The notes beneath the pieces were generated by a model. It made no database searches and was not told the origin of the DNA. It saw only the letters and a list, made by a program, of their open reading frames with translations. This document shows, one piece after another, positions 12,739-24,577 of a stretch of DNA of 64,000 nucleotides; position 1 is the stretch's first letter; each line of letters begins with the position of its first letter. Origin of the DNA: Penicillus capitatus (taxonomy: Eukaryota > Plantae > Chlorophyta); contig OZ287716.1 in NCBI GenBank assembly GCA_965649825.1, forward strand, positions 143,778 through 207,777, given 5' to 3'. Position numbers and translations under genes: made by a program.

Positions 12739-15592
12739 ATGGATCATGACGACGACCCTGTGTCGCACTCCGACGAGGCTTCCGTCGCGACGGAACGTTT
12801 GGGCGAGGATGAAGATCCGGGCGATCATGCATCAGGAGGAGGCGAAGGAGAAGGCGACGACCTTTTTGGTGACGACTTTCTCGACGATTACCGACCGATT
12901 CCTGAACTCGACCAATACGAAAACGATGATCTCATGGTCGAAGACGTCACAGAAGAACTACCGGCCGAAGAACAGGCCGAGGCACGACGCAGAGCCGAAG
13001 AGGCCATGGACGCACGCGATCGCGTTCAGTTCCGTCGCAGCACACAAGGTCGGCAAGAACCCCGCCTCCTGCTCACAGTGCACAACGGTTGGGCACTTGT
13101 AGGTCTTGGCGTTGACGTGGGTGCTGGATCCGAGGAGGCCCCGCCTGTCCGCAGACGTCGTGTCGAATCTCTACAAGCTAGTGACCTGCCAGAGATGGTC
13201 GACGAATCTGGCGAGAAACTCATGATCGAATTTCAAGAGGCCCGAGGTCCACTGAAAGAATGGATCCAGCAAGATCGTGTGAAACATGAGCTCGATGCTC
13301 TCTTTCGTCGTTTTATCCACACCTTCCGCGACACCCCTGAGGAACAGCCACTCTATGAGGCTAAGATTCGAGACTTGATTACCTACTCCAAGACATCCCT
13401 GGTGGTCGATTTCATACACATGGCGAAATTCTCTCAAGTGTTGTATCAATGGACCGTTCTGCAGCCGAAGGCCATGTTAGAGGTGTTCAACAAAGCTGCT
13501 TACGATCTCGTTTGCGAGCGGCAGTCCAATTTCAGTCTGCTGTGGAGCAAAGAAGTCTACGTTCGGTTTGAGAATATTCCAGTAGAGGAGAAGCTGAGAG
13601 GATTGACGAAGAATCAACTGGAAACGCTGATTTATGTCAAGGGAGTCGTGACTCGACGCACAAGTGTCTTTCCACAGCTGAAACAGGTCATGTATGACTG
13701 TGTGCGCTGCGGTAATATACTGGGGCCGTTCTTCATCAACGACGACAAGGACTTCAAGCCAGACCGCTGTCCAAACTGTCAGTCCAAGGGTCCAATGACT
13801 GTCAACGTACAGAACACGATCTACGGGAACTATCAGAAACTTGTCTTGCAAGAAAGTCCAGGGGAGGTTCCGCCCGGAATGGTCCCACGTCAGAAAGAGA
13901 TTGTTCTGCAACAGGTTGCGTTGTTGGCCATGCACTATTGTGATCTTTGTGTCTGCAGGATCTTATTGACTGTGCGAGGCCGGGCGATGAAGTGATGGTT
14001 TGTGGGATGTTCACACATACCTATGACGCCTCTCTCAACAAGAAATGTGGATTTCCTGTCTTTCGAACGACCATCGAGGCGAACAATGTCATTCGGCAGG
14101 ATGCGCTCTCTTCAGTTTTGCAGCTGACGGATACAGAACGTGCAGAAATCATTCAGCTGTCGAAAGATCCGAGAATTGCGGCACGTATCTTCAAGTCTAT
14201 TGCTCCTTCGATTCATGGACATGAGTATATCAAGATGGCCATTGCCATGTCACTCTTTGGAGGAAATGAGAAACGTGCTGGACTGCATCAAATGCGAGGC
14301 GACATCAATGTTTTGCTCCTGGGTGATCCTGGTACGTTTCCCCATAATACGACGCAGCGATTGAAGTGTGTGTTGTGATAGGCACTGGAAAGTCGCAGTT
14401 TCTGAAGTATGTGCAGAAAATTGCGCAGCGAAGTGTTTACAACAACGGAAAAGGTGCATCCGCTGTTGGACTGACGGCTGCAGTGCAGAAAGATCCGGTC
14501 ACAAGGGAATGGACATTAGAGGGAGGGGCATTAGTGTTAGCCGATCGTGGCATATGCCTGATCGATGAATTCGACAAGATGAATGACCAAGACAGGGTCA
14601 GTATTCATGAAGCCATGGAACAGCAGAGCATCTCGATCTCAAAGGCAGGAATTGTAACACAACTCCAGGCACGTTGTGGCGTGATCGCTGCAGCAAATCC
14701 CATCGGCGGGAAATACAACATTCACCTGCCCTTCAGTCAGAATGTCATGCTGGAGGATCCCATTATCTCACGGTTTGATTGTCTTTGTGTGGTGCGAGAT
14801 CGTGTCGACGAAGAGAACGATGCTCGTCTGGCGAAGTTCTTGCTGGGTGTCCATGCCGGAAGTCATCCAGACGAACGGCGTAAAGCCGACGAAGTGGAGC
14901 ATGCATACGATCAACTTCATCCGGGAGAAGACGCCGACATGGAAGACGAACAGCCGGCACCAACGCAGATCGAAGATCCAGATCTGATTCCGCAAGACCT
15001 GCTGCGAAAATACATCGTCTATGCCAAGACCTGTGCAGCAGCGCATCTTCAGAATCACATCGAGTTTGGAAAGGGTGACGATTTGATAGAGAAGAAGATC
15101 GTTGAGGTCTACAACGAACTGCGTCAGGAGTCCAGTAGTTTCGCGGGAGTCAATATCACTGTGCGTCATCTAGAGAGTATTATCCGTATGTCAGAAGCGC
15201 ATGCCAAGATGCACTTGAGGGAACGCGTTCTGCCGATGGATGTGGATATGGGTGTTCGCATGATGGTTGAGACTTTTATATCGACACAGAAGTACTCGTT
15301 GCAGCGAGGACTGCGAAGAAAGATGCAGAAGTATCTAAACAGGGCAGGCAGCACCAGCAGTGCCATGTTGAATGCTTTGGAGGAGATGGTCCGAGATATG
15401 ATCGCGGATTATCGCCTGAAAGGACAGGCTGTTCCGGATCGATTGACACTCAGTCCTGATCGGGTGGAACGACAAGCTCGAAGACTACAGTGTGAGCTTC
15501 AGGAGTTTTTGAGGACTCGTGTTTTCTTGGAGAGTGACTTTCGAATCGAGGAAGATACTGGGATTATCTACAAGCAACTGCAACGCACGTAA
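12739..15592 (+). CDS. MCM2: DNA replication licensing factor MCM2, spliced
   Basis: Acidic N-terminus, GVVTRRTSVFPQL, C4 zinc finger (CVRC...CPNCQSKGP), [62 protein letters not shown]. Confidence 0.97.
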
Positions 15593-15979
15593 TGAACGGC
15601 TGATTGTGTAACAAGCAATGTAAGAGCGAATTTTCTACTAGTCGTGTCACAGACACACGTCTCAGCTCCATCCCCAACTCGAACGGGCGAGGAGATTTCA
15701 ACAAGGTTGTGTGCATCCAACTTGTTGCTTTGTGCATTTTGCTTCTAGTGCTTTGGCCAAGCGAACGCTAAGTTCGTCAGTGAGGCGGCTATGCTTCAGT
15801 TCTGCGTTTTTGTTCGTTCTTCCCAGAGTGGATGTGGTCATGTGGCACCGTAATTGTAGTCTACGTAGGTATTCTACGGTGCGAGACTTATGGGTAGAGT
15901 CACAGGTGACAATAATGTTTTGTGATTCACCGATATCCTTCTTTCCGCTGAAGATCCAGTTGGATTTCCCATACCGCGT

Positions 15980-17234
15980 TTCTGCGTCGTTTCAGCAGAT
16001 CTAAGTAGAACTGCATCAGGAGGCAGTCTGAAAGCAATCGAGGCCAGGAAGAAGAGAGCCACATGCTCCTCGGTATTCTACATGCCGAGTGGTAAAGGAT
16101 AGAAGAATGGTATCTTCGCCGGGTAAGCAACTAAACACTTCTGCAGAGTCGCGAACGATTCCGAAACCGTGCAGTTTGGCTGACTGTTTCTCAGGCTGAT
16201 GCCATTCTTTGGCTGTTGCTCTAGTATGCAGCAAGCAGTTGTTGCTTTTTTGGTCGACATGTGTGTCATCGGAGCGCGACTGCGGTCGACTCTTTCTGCC
16301 CTCTGGTGTCGAAAGCCAATGGAAAGGAAAAAGAATAGTACATTGTCAGTAGAGGCTTCTCGTCTTAGACCAAATGACGAGTACATACAGTACTGAGACT
16401 CGCGCGTCTCAAAGGCGGTAGACTCTCTCGACTGAAACGATACGCGGATCTTGACGAATTGCTAAACAGTTTGAATTCCTTGGCGTCGCTTATCTGAGAA
16501 TCACTGCGGTCGTCTATCCTCCGAGACATGCGCATCGACCAGAAACAGGTTATCTTGCAAACGTATCCGCTTCGAAGAAGAGCGGCTGACAAATTCAAAG
16601 CACAGCGACATACAAACTGTTTAGACACAGGACGGTAGACGTTGGCCACTATCGCGCTTCCTCCGCGAGGTCTTGGATGCCGTCAGCAACTGGATCCCTT
16701 CACATCGATCAGATCCGGATAGATCTAGGTTGCCAACGCAGAACGTTGTCCTCTTTCAGGAGATGGTCACTTTCGCGGGCAGCAGACGAGGTCGACACAA
16801 GCGAGTCCCCTCCGCTCCTGGCGGCATCCATCCGCGGACGGCCCGGCGACGGATGGATTCTCTGCGTCATCCGAGTCGCATCAGAGAGAATGAAAACGTC
16901 GAGGATGTCGCGGACGAGAGCTGTCTCGTTCTCCGGACAGAGACAGTCGCGCTGCCGACCCTGTCACGCCTCCTTATCGCGTCGATCGGTCAAGAGAATG
17001 GTAGAGATCCCCAGACGAGCAAGGACTTCTCCAATCAGAGTGGCGAACTCGCAGAATCTGGACGTCGATGAGCCAGTCGATGAAGCAGACATCGTCTACT
17101 ACGAAGACTGGGAGGAAGATATCGAATACGAAGAAGTGCGAGACATCGATCTCTCAGAACCCCGTCCGGGTCTTCTTCAGCAGACCCTATGGCGTTCCTT
17201 CCTTCTGGGAGGAATCGGTCTCCGCAGTGGAGAG
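15980..17234 (+). repeat. Recent segmental duplication of 1413-2673 (about 1.25 kb)
   Basis: Near-identical to 1413-2673 with scattered SNPs and 2-nt and 4-nt deletions (offset 14567 at the left end, 14561 at the right). Confidence 0.95.
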
Positions 17235-17240
17235 GCCTGA
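16677..17240 (+). pseudogene. lpxC: Truncated 5' copy of lpxC
   Basis: Matches LpxC aa 1-186 then stops (GIGLRSGEA*). GIGLHSG has become GIGLRSG, and the catalytic HE..HK.D motifs are absent. Confidence 0.85.
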
Positions 17241-17428
17241 GTCGCGTCGTGCGCTGTGTACGATACGAGTACTCGAATATAGAAGTGCATATTGTGTTCG
17301 TTCTTCTGCGTGGTTCCATCGACGCGGCCTTTTTCGCCCGAGTTCATTGGGTTTTGTAGCAAAACTGACTCCGTATCTCTGCACCGTCGACGTATCCTTC
17401 ACACAGCGCCCAACAACTTGAAGGCATC

Positions 17429-20400
17429 ATGTTGCGTCTGGCTGTCGCTGGTTTCTTCCTGCTGGTTTGACTTTATCCAGAATATTCCTGACTCATATCG
17501 CGAATACCTAGTCCTTCACGTGCCTTCTGTTGTATGGCAATATCGGTCAAGGCATACAAGTCGACCACTATTCACAGACGTCTTCAGTTTACGCACAACT
17601 CGAGGCGCCTTCTTAACCATTCCCTCATCGTATCTAGACGTCGTGAGTGTGCTCGACAGAATGGATGGGATCGTCTCTACGCTGTGTCAGACGAAGACTT
17701 GCAAAATCTGAGGTCCTGCTCCTCAATGAATGACTCCTGTTTCGAGTATCCATATGAAGGAACGAAGTGTCTGAGGTTTTTGACGAAAACTATGCAAACT
17801 ACATGAAATACGCTTTCCCGAAGGTATGGACGATCATATGCCTTCCCAACTGTACTCTTTCCGAATACAGGATGAACTGCGGCCTATCAGTTGTCGAGGA
17901 ACCAACACAGAAGGAGGTATTGCCATCACACTTCTCGATTCCTTGGATACACTCATCGTATGGACCATCCATTTCTGTGTCTGCGGTCACTCTTTTTTCT
18001 TCAGGTAATGAACAGAAGTGCAGAGGTCAAGAAGAGCATAGAATTGATCAAGCAACACGTTACCTTTGATATTGACTACCTTGTCAATGTGTTCGAAGTC
18101 AACATACGAGCGCTGGGCGGACTGTTGTCTGCTCATATACTGCTCAAACGCAATCCTTCCATTGTGGAGGATTATGACGATTCCTTGCTCTCTGCAGCAT
18201 TGGATCTGGGAGAGAGACTTTTTGCCGCTTTCGATGGGACATCGAGCATTCCGTCTGGACGTATCAATTTAAAAACGGCAAGTCCTCTGTGGTGAAGCGC
18301 AAACGATGGATCGCATGTACAGGGCAAGGTGTCGGATGCACAAGGCCACGTTCCGAGCGACATCACGGAAACCTGCAGTGCATGTGTCGGAACACTGCTG
18401 CTGGAAATGGGAACGCTATCCCGATTGACAGGACTGCCAAAGTTTGAGAGAAAAGCTAGAGAGGCCATGAAAAAAGTCTTCAGCATTCGTTCCGACCTTG
18501 GCCTGATCGGAACGATCATCGACATCGAAGAAGAGACCTGGAAGGTGGAGGTCAGCACGATCGGTGCGGGAACAGACTCTCTGTTCGAATACCTTCTCAA
18601 GGTATCTATCTCCTAACACTGGCCAACCTGCTCACCATTTCTCTGTCCTGTCGCTCAGGCCTTTTTGCTGTTTGGTGAGGAGGAGTATCTGGATATGTTT
18701 GTCGATCTCTATGTCGCAGTGATGCATCACATGCAGACACCTAAGCTTCTGGGAGACTATCGATGGTTGGCGGATGCTCATGCCTTCGAAGGCTATCTCT
18801 TTGGACCCTGGATTTCATCGCTGTCTGCATTCTGGCCAGGAATGCAGGCATTGGCTGGACAGCTGGAAGATGCAAGACATCTCCACGCAAACTATTCCAA
18901 CATCTGGATGAGCTTTGCAGCGCTGCCAGAGCTCTTCTCTATTGACGGAGCGAGGACGAGTCCCAGTATGAATGGCTATCCCCTAAGACCTGAACTCATC
19001 GAGTCCACATTCTATCTGCATGCTTCGACACGTGAACCGCATTTCCTGCAGGTTCGTATTCTGCCGTTTGCCTGACACTCCTGTGGATCTGTCATGCATC
19101 AGATGGGCAGGGCATTTCAAAGAAGCTTACTTTCGACCAATTCCTATCACTGTGGTCATGCCACTATCAAGGATGTGGCTACTGGAGAGTTAGATGACAG
19201 CATGGCGAGTTTCTTTTTATCGGAGACTCTAAAATATCTCTACTTGCTCACATCCAATACAACCTCCTTTATCGACGCATTTGTTTTCAGCACAGAAGCG
19301 CACATCTTCCCACCACTGCCGTCCGAACAATTCCACGAGACAGAACCGAGACAGCTTGCTCCGGCAGAGTGCCGTTCCATCTGCGTCGACCACACCGAAG
19401 AGCAATTGGTTCGATCGCTTAAGGCTCTTTCCAGTGCCAACCAAAGACGTTCCCCATCTGCAGGAAAACGAGCTGAAGAATCTGCATGCCAAGTTTCCAT
19501 TGCTGAGGGTAACGAAGAACGATCTCACTCTCCTCCAGTCGCGACGGTGTACGGCATGTACCCAAGTCGTCCTGAGACGGATGGAAGATCATGGATTCAG
19601 TATTATAGACGAAGCATGGCGCACGAGATACATCAGTTGGGCCATCCATCAACACAGTAGTGAGCCTTCATTGCCTGCACTCATCTCAGACAAGACATAG
19701 GCGATCACGCGCACAAGGCTAGACAAGAAAGCCAAAGGGATCGTCGTATGGAAACAACTGCTACATTGAAATGCTCTCTTAAGATGGGCCGCGGCTCACG
19801 CGATGTCAGCTGTTCAGATTTCTCAGTCGTGCGTAGCCGGGACATGATTTCACCGTGCTTTGTGCCTCTCTTGATCTCTTTTGCTCAATGTGCTCTGTCT
19901 AGGACGCTTCGGTCCAGTCCTGAACACGCTTTTGTTACTCTTCAGAGGTCCGGAAGCGAACGGCATGCAGGGAGGCTGTTGATCTTGTCGAATGGCGAGA
20001 CGACTGAAATCAGTGGACAGTTTCAACCGTACCACTATCTGGCAAAGGACACATCCCTTTCAGAAAACTGTCCGGCGAAGGTCCAACCGGATCATGGTTT
20101 CTTGTGTTGATGCCGATGAACAGGTGCTGTCGATATTGATGGAATCAACAAGCCGTTCCGTCGGCGTGCCAAATTCTTGCACAGCCTTCGTCGTCTACGG
20201 TCCACTGCGCCTCGTGCACCCGCTGTCTAGCTGTGGACGTCTTTTCAATGCTAAACAGCTGAAGAACTCGATCGCCGTTATGAATGATGGCTGCACAAAT
20301 CTTCAGAAAGTGCAGAACATCGAAAAGGCAGGCGCTCGTGGCATCGTTGTTCTCAAAACACAAGTACGGCGGCAACCTGTCACCACACATGCCATGATCG

Positions 20401-20803
20401 GATGCTTTCTGTGTAGAAACTGGCAGAGACGACATCTGCGCTCCAGCAAGCTGTCAACATACCCATTCTGCTTGTACCCGTCCATGCCTACCAAGACGTC
20501 ATGCAGAAGCTGGCCGGAACAGAAACAGCACAGGCGATGATGGGCACGCCAGTGTCCGGGAGCTTGACGATCTGTCGATATGAAAAGCCACGTTTGCAGC
20601 GGATTCCCAAACAGGAGAGCTGCTGTCCAGTCGATATTCGGCTGACCATTCCGTTCAATGCTCAGCAGAAACTGATGGAACACTTTCCAGCGAAAGATCT
20701 TCCACGCGTCCTGTCTGTTCTGAAGAAAAACTTGAAGGAGAACGATGCCATGTTCCAGGCACTTTTTGAAGCAGAGCAGCATGGACTGTCGTCCAACTCG
20801 TAA
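17429..20803 (+). CDS. GH47 alpha-1,2-mannosidase, EDEM/MNS4-like, with C-terminal PA domain, spliced
   Basis: [82 protein letters not shown]-like [15 protein letters not shown]. Start inferred from a signal-peptide-like exon. Confidence 0.9.
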
Positions 20804-20909
20804 AAAGATCTCTTCGCCTCGTCGAACACTCGCGGATCGGACACTCTCTTTGGATCTATCTGTTTCGGATCGAAGCTGTTGAGTTTGAGGCCTGTTCTTT
20901 GGTCCATGT

Positions 20910-22369
20910 ATGCAGGGCTGTTTGTCAGAGGGGTTGACTATGTCTAACCGTTCGTTGTTTTCAGCGTCTCTGCACGCACCAACGGCTATCATGCATCTGG
21001 CCGATTTATTTAAGCGCCGAAGCAGGTTGTCGACAACGATGGCTTTCATATCGTTCTTGGTTGGAAAAGCAGTGGGCATCGTAAAACTTGTCGCCGAGAT
21101 CATCTACGCGCCGACTGCTTTTCTTATCAATCTCGTACGCGGGCGGCTGTGCACGATGCCTCTGCTGACTCTTGCCATCTGCAGATTTTTCGAGGCAGTC
21201 GTCGACACATCTCGCAGGTGGCCTACAATCTTGCCGGTACGCCCTGTCTGTCGACACACTTTCCCTTTCTGAAAAGAGTGACTTGTTTAGCGAGTCGTGC
21301 CGCAGAGGCGCTCAGAGAAGATGCGCTTTTCGTAGACCCCCTTGCAAAACACTTTGTTCTGGACATGGAAGAAATCATGCGTCGCAGACGCCGTTCGATT
21401 GAAGTGCGTCCGTCCATGATGCTCGATGGTCTGACATGTACTCCTGCTGTCCATTTTAGGAACGTCGAAACAGCTCGAACGTGGATTTGCCACGCCGAAC
21501 GGTTTCATACACCATCACACGTACAAAGTTCTTTGACGATGCTATCCTTGTTGTGTTGGGGGATCAAGAGCATGGAGGCAATGCCATGTTCGATGACATC
21601 CACGATGTCGTCTCGGCAACCGAATGCTACTGCCAGCAAGTTGTCAACGTGGGAGCGGGTTTCGATTCAAGACCCTGGCGTCTGCCATTGGGTGCCACAC
21701 GTTGGTTTGAAGTTGACCTCAAGAAAGTCCTGACGGAGAAACAGAGACGCCTTGACCTTGCCGGCGCATCGACAGTACTCGAAGTTCGATCGCATACGAG
21801 ATGACCCTTGTGCAAGATATCTCTGGTGTGATGTCCAGAAAAACGCAGAGAGCGTCTACGCTCTTCAGTGTCTGTCGCTGACGACCGTTTCCACAAACGT
21901 GTGTCGCCCGTCCTGGTTGCGTCAGTTGGAGGCAGCAGGGTTGAAGAAGACAGTATCGACGGTGTGGGTGATGGAAGGGATGTTGGTTTACTTGGAGGCG
22001 CATCACGTCGAGAGGCTACTGGGTCAGTTGTGTGCTGCTTGTCCCGCCGGTAGCTTCCTCATGGCTTCCATTATGTACGAGAGTCAGCTGAAAGAAAAGC
22101 CACGTTCAACGCTGAGGGATGCATGGAAATGGGGATGTCCCAGCGATGTCGATGAAGTACATCGATCATCTCTGTGCCAGTACAGCTGAACCGACGGATC
22201 GCTGTGTCTGCTGTAGTACTTTGCCAAGTTTGGTTGGAGCGTCGTGACGGTGATGCCATGGACATCCGCAGCAAAGATGTACGGTTGCAAACCAAGAAAA
22301 AGGGCATACTCAAAAGAACAAGCTCAATTTCTCGTTGCCGTGAAGATCCCGCGAAGTCGAAACGACTGA
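20910..22369 (+). CDS. SAM-dependent methyltransferase (LCM/Rv0146-like), spliced; start uncertain
   Basis: SRAAEA...LFVDPLA, RTKFFDD, QVVNVGAGFDSRPWRL, WFEVDL, WVMEGMLVYL. Confidence 0.8.
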
Positions 22370-22591
22370 AACAGCGGCGATCCTACAAATGACCATTCTA
22401 CGTTGATTTCGTCGGACGGTTTTTATTTCGTCGACAACAATTACTGGGCATGAAATGATTTGGAATGTTTCTTCGAATGGCCAACTTAATAGCGAGGACG
22501 AGAAACCCTCATAGACATGAAAACCGGATAAACATGCCGTGTTCATAACACTGGGTGGATTCATTGTCTTCCCAACGGATGCAATTTGTTC

Positions 22592-23989
22592 TTACTTCCT
22601 GAGTTGGTAAACTTGCATGTAAGTCTCCGAAAGACTTACAATTTGAGGCAACACTTCTGAGACACGGAGATCCTGTACTTCGTACCACGCCTTTTCCACT
22701 TTCCGCTCGATGTGACAGCGATAGGAGCCGCCAACTGCCTGACCATCATGACAGATGTTGGTAATCAGATCGTACACATAGCTTTGTTCCTCCGCCAGCA
22801 GGATGGCAGACATGTCCAGATTACGGATGGGGAAATTGACAATCGTCGGATTCTTCTCCACGAAGAAATTGTTCTTTGTGAATCTCTTGATATGGATCAT
22901 CAGAAATTCAGGAAGCTTGAGGATCTGAAACTGACGCCTGCCACTCTTGATATCGTCGCTGATGCTCTGACCATCAAACTTCCGCATGATGGTGTAGATC
23001 GGCACTTGTGGGATAATGTTCTTCTCCAAAGGATCTTTGAAAAGAGGTGGCGGCGGCAAATCGAGTCCCAGAAAAAGGAATGGCACTTCTTTGTCTTCTT
23101 TTCTGTGTCTTCTGAGAGTTGTCACTTTGAGTTGTCCCTGAAAGCAACGTGTGATGACCGATTTGCGTCTTGTGTGGCCTTTGGTCAAATCGTGATGCAA
23201 TCGATTGATCAGCCAGATACAGAACTCGACGGGATCTGCCGCGTGCTCGATCGTAAAACGCTTGGCCGATGCTTTCATCACTGCCTGCATAAATTCGTGC
23301 GGTGACACTTGTCCTTTGAAGTTTCTCGTATTCCACATCTTCCGCATCAGCTCTCCAAAACGAACTACGATCTCCGAGTCGCACGAGCGATAATTCTTGG
23401 CCATCAGAAAGAAATCTCGAATCGGTGTCACTCGATTGAGAGCCTGCAAGATGACATTGATATAGTCATTGCTCTTCATATTGTTCAGTCCCACCAATCC
23501 CGGCATGTATTCCGATCCATCCAGCGAACGTGCCCATGTGACCGAGGTGTCCAACTCAGTCACCTCCTGTTTCGTAAACAGAGGATTCAGAACGTGTCGG
23601 ATATCGTCCAGTGTACGATCGATGACTTCATAGTTGTCTGGCAAACAGAAGACAGCACCATTATCGAGTTTCATAAACATGTGATGATCGTCTTCCAATG
23701 CATGGGTATAGGCATGAGTGGATTGACCTCTGCCCTGGAAGTACTTTCCGCAGACAAGACAGACATACACGTTGTCTTGACGCAACGAGACAGAGCAGCA
23801 TTTCTCGAAGTCAAAGTCGAGATATTGACGGTTGATCGTGTCGAGATATGGACACTCGTGGCCATAAACGACTCGACGGATGCTGTTCACAGGGACTTCA
23901 CTATCTGACGTTTCTTCTTCCAAGTCCTCTTCCCCTGTCTTCTGTCGCTTCTGGCCAACTGCCGCTGTTGTCTCGTCTGATCGTTTCAT
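22592..23989 (-). CDS. USP39: U4/U6.U5 tri-snRNP protein USP39/Sad1 (inactive UBP with ZnF-UBP)
   Basis: ECPYLDTINRQYLDFDFEKCCSVSL, VYVCLVCGKYFQGRG, PGLVGLNNMKSNDYINV, KNPTIVNFP, YDLITNICHDG. Confidence 0.95.
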   Translation of the reverse strand: MKRSDETTAAVGQKRQKTGEEDLEEETSDSEVPVNSIRRVVYGHECPYLDTINRQYLDFDFEKCCSVSLRQDNVYVCLVCGKYFQGRGQSTHAYTHALEDDHHMFMKLDNGAVFCLPDNYEVIDRTLDDIRHVLNPLFTKQEVTELDTSVTWARSLDGSEYMPGLVGLNNMKSNDYINVILQALNRVTPIRDFFLMAKNYRSCDSEIVVRFGELMRKMWNTRNFKGQVSPHEFMQAVMKASAKRFTIEHAADPVEFCIWLINRLHHDLTKGHTRRKSVITRCFQGQLKVTTLRRHRKEDKEVPFLFLGLDLPPPPLFKDPLEKNIIPQVPIYTIMRKFDGQSISDDIKSGRRQFQILKLPEFLMIHIKRFTKNNFFVEKNPTIVNFPIRNLDMSAILLAEEQSYVYDLITNICHDGQAVGGSYRCHIERKVEKAWYEVQDLRVSEVLPQIVSLSETYMQVYQLRK

Positions 23990-24577
23990 GAAGCCCGACG
24001 ACGACAACGACGTCCCGTTCTGAGATGAAACAGAGAACGCACGTTTAGGCGCATTAATTCGAGCAATGCTCGACGAAGGGATCGAGAGGGAGTCGATGAT
24101 GGGCGATTTGTGTAAACACACGAGGCTACGGTGTTGGGCGCGGGGAACGAAGGTGCCGAGAATTCACTAATGAGCGCATCGGCGCCGCGCCTACCAGAGA
24201 AAACGTCATGTCGTGACAGTTCTTGACGGCTAGTGACTAATAAACATTCAGCGTGAAACCAAAACAGTACTTTTTTGCTTCAAACAAAGGAATTGGATTT
24301 AACCGCTTTCTGCACACTGTCGCGGCAGCGTTAGAGTGACTTTGTCTTCTATTTATTTTTGTGTGGGCGCCATGAGCTTAAAACTCAAAGGAATTAAAAC
24401 CATCGCCAATAAGCTCAAGCAGCCAAAACGCGACAAAGAACGCGGAAAGAAGATGGGCGACATTGGCACCGCAAGCAAAGCAAGCGTCTTTGTTCTGGAG
24501 CCTGTCTTGAAACCGGTGGAGATGCCAACGACTGGCACGCGTTCGGGAACGAAAGTAGCTAACCGTCTCAGCTGTGC

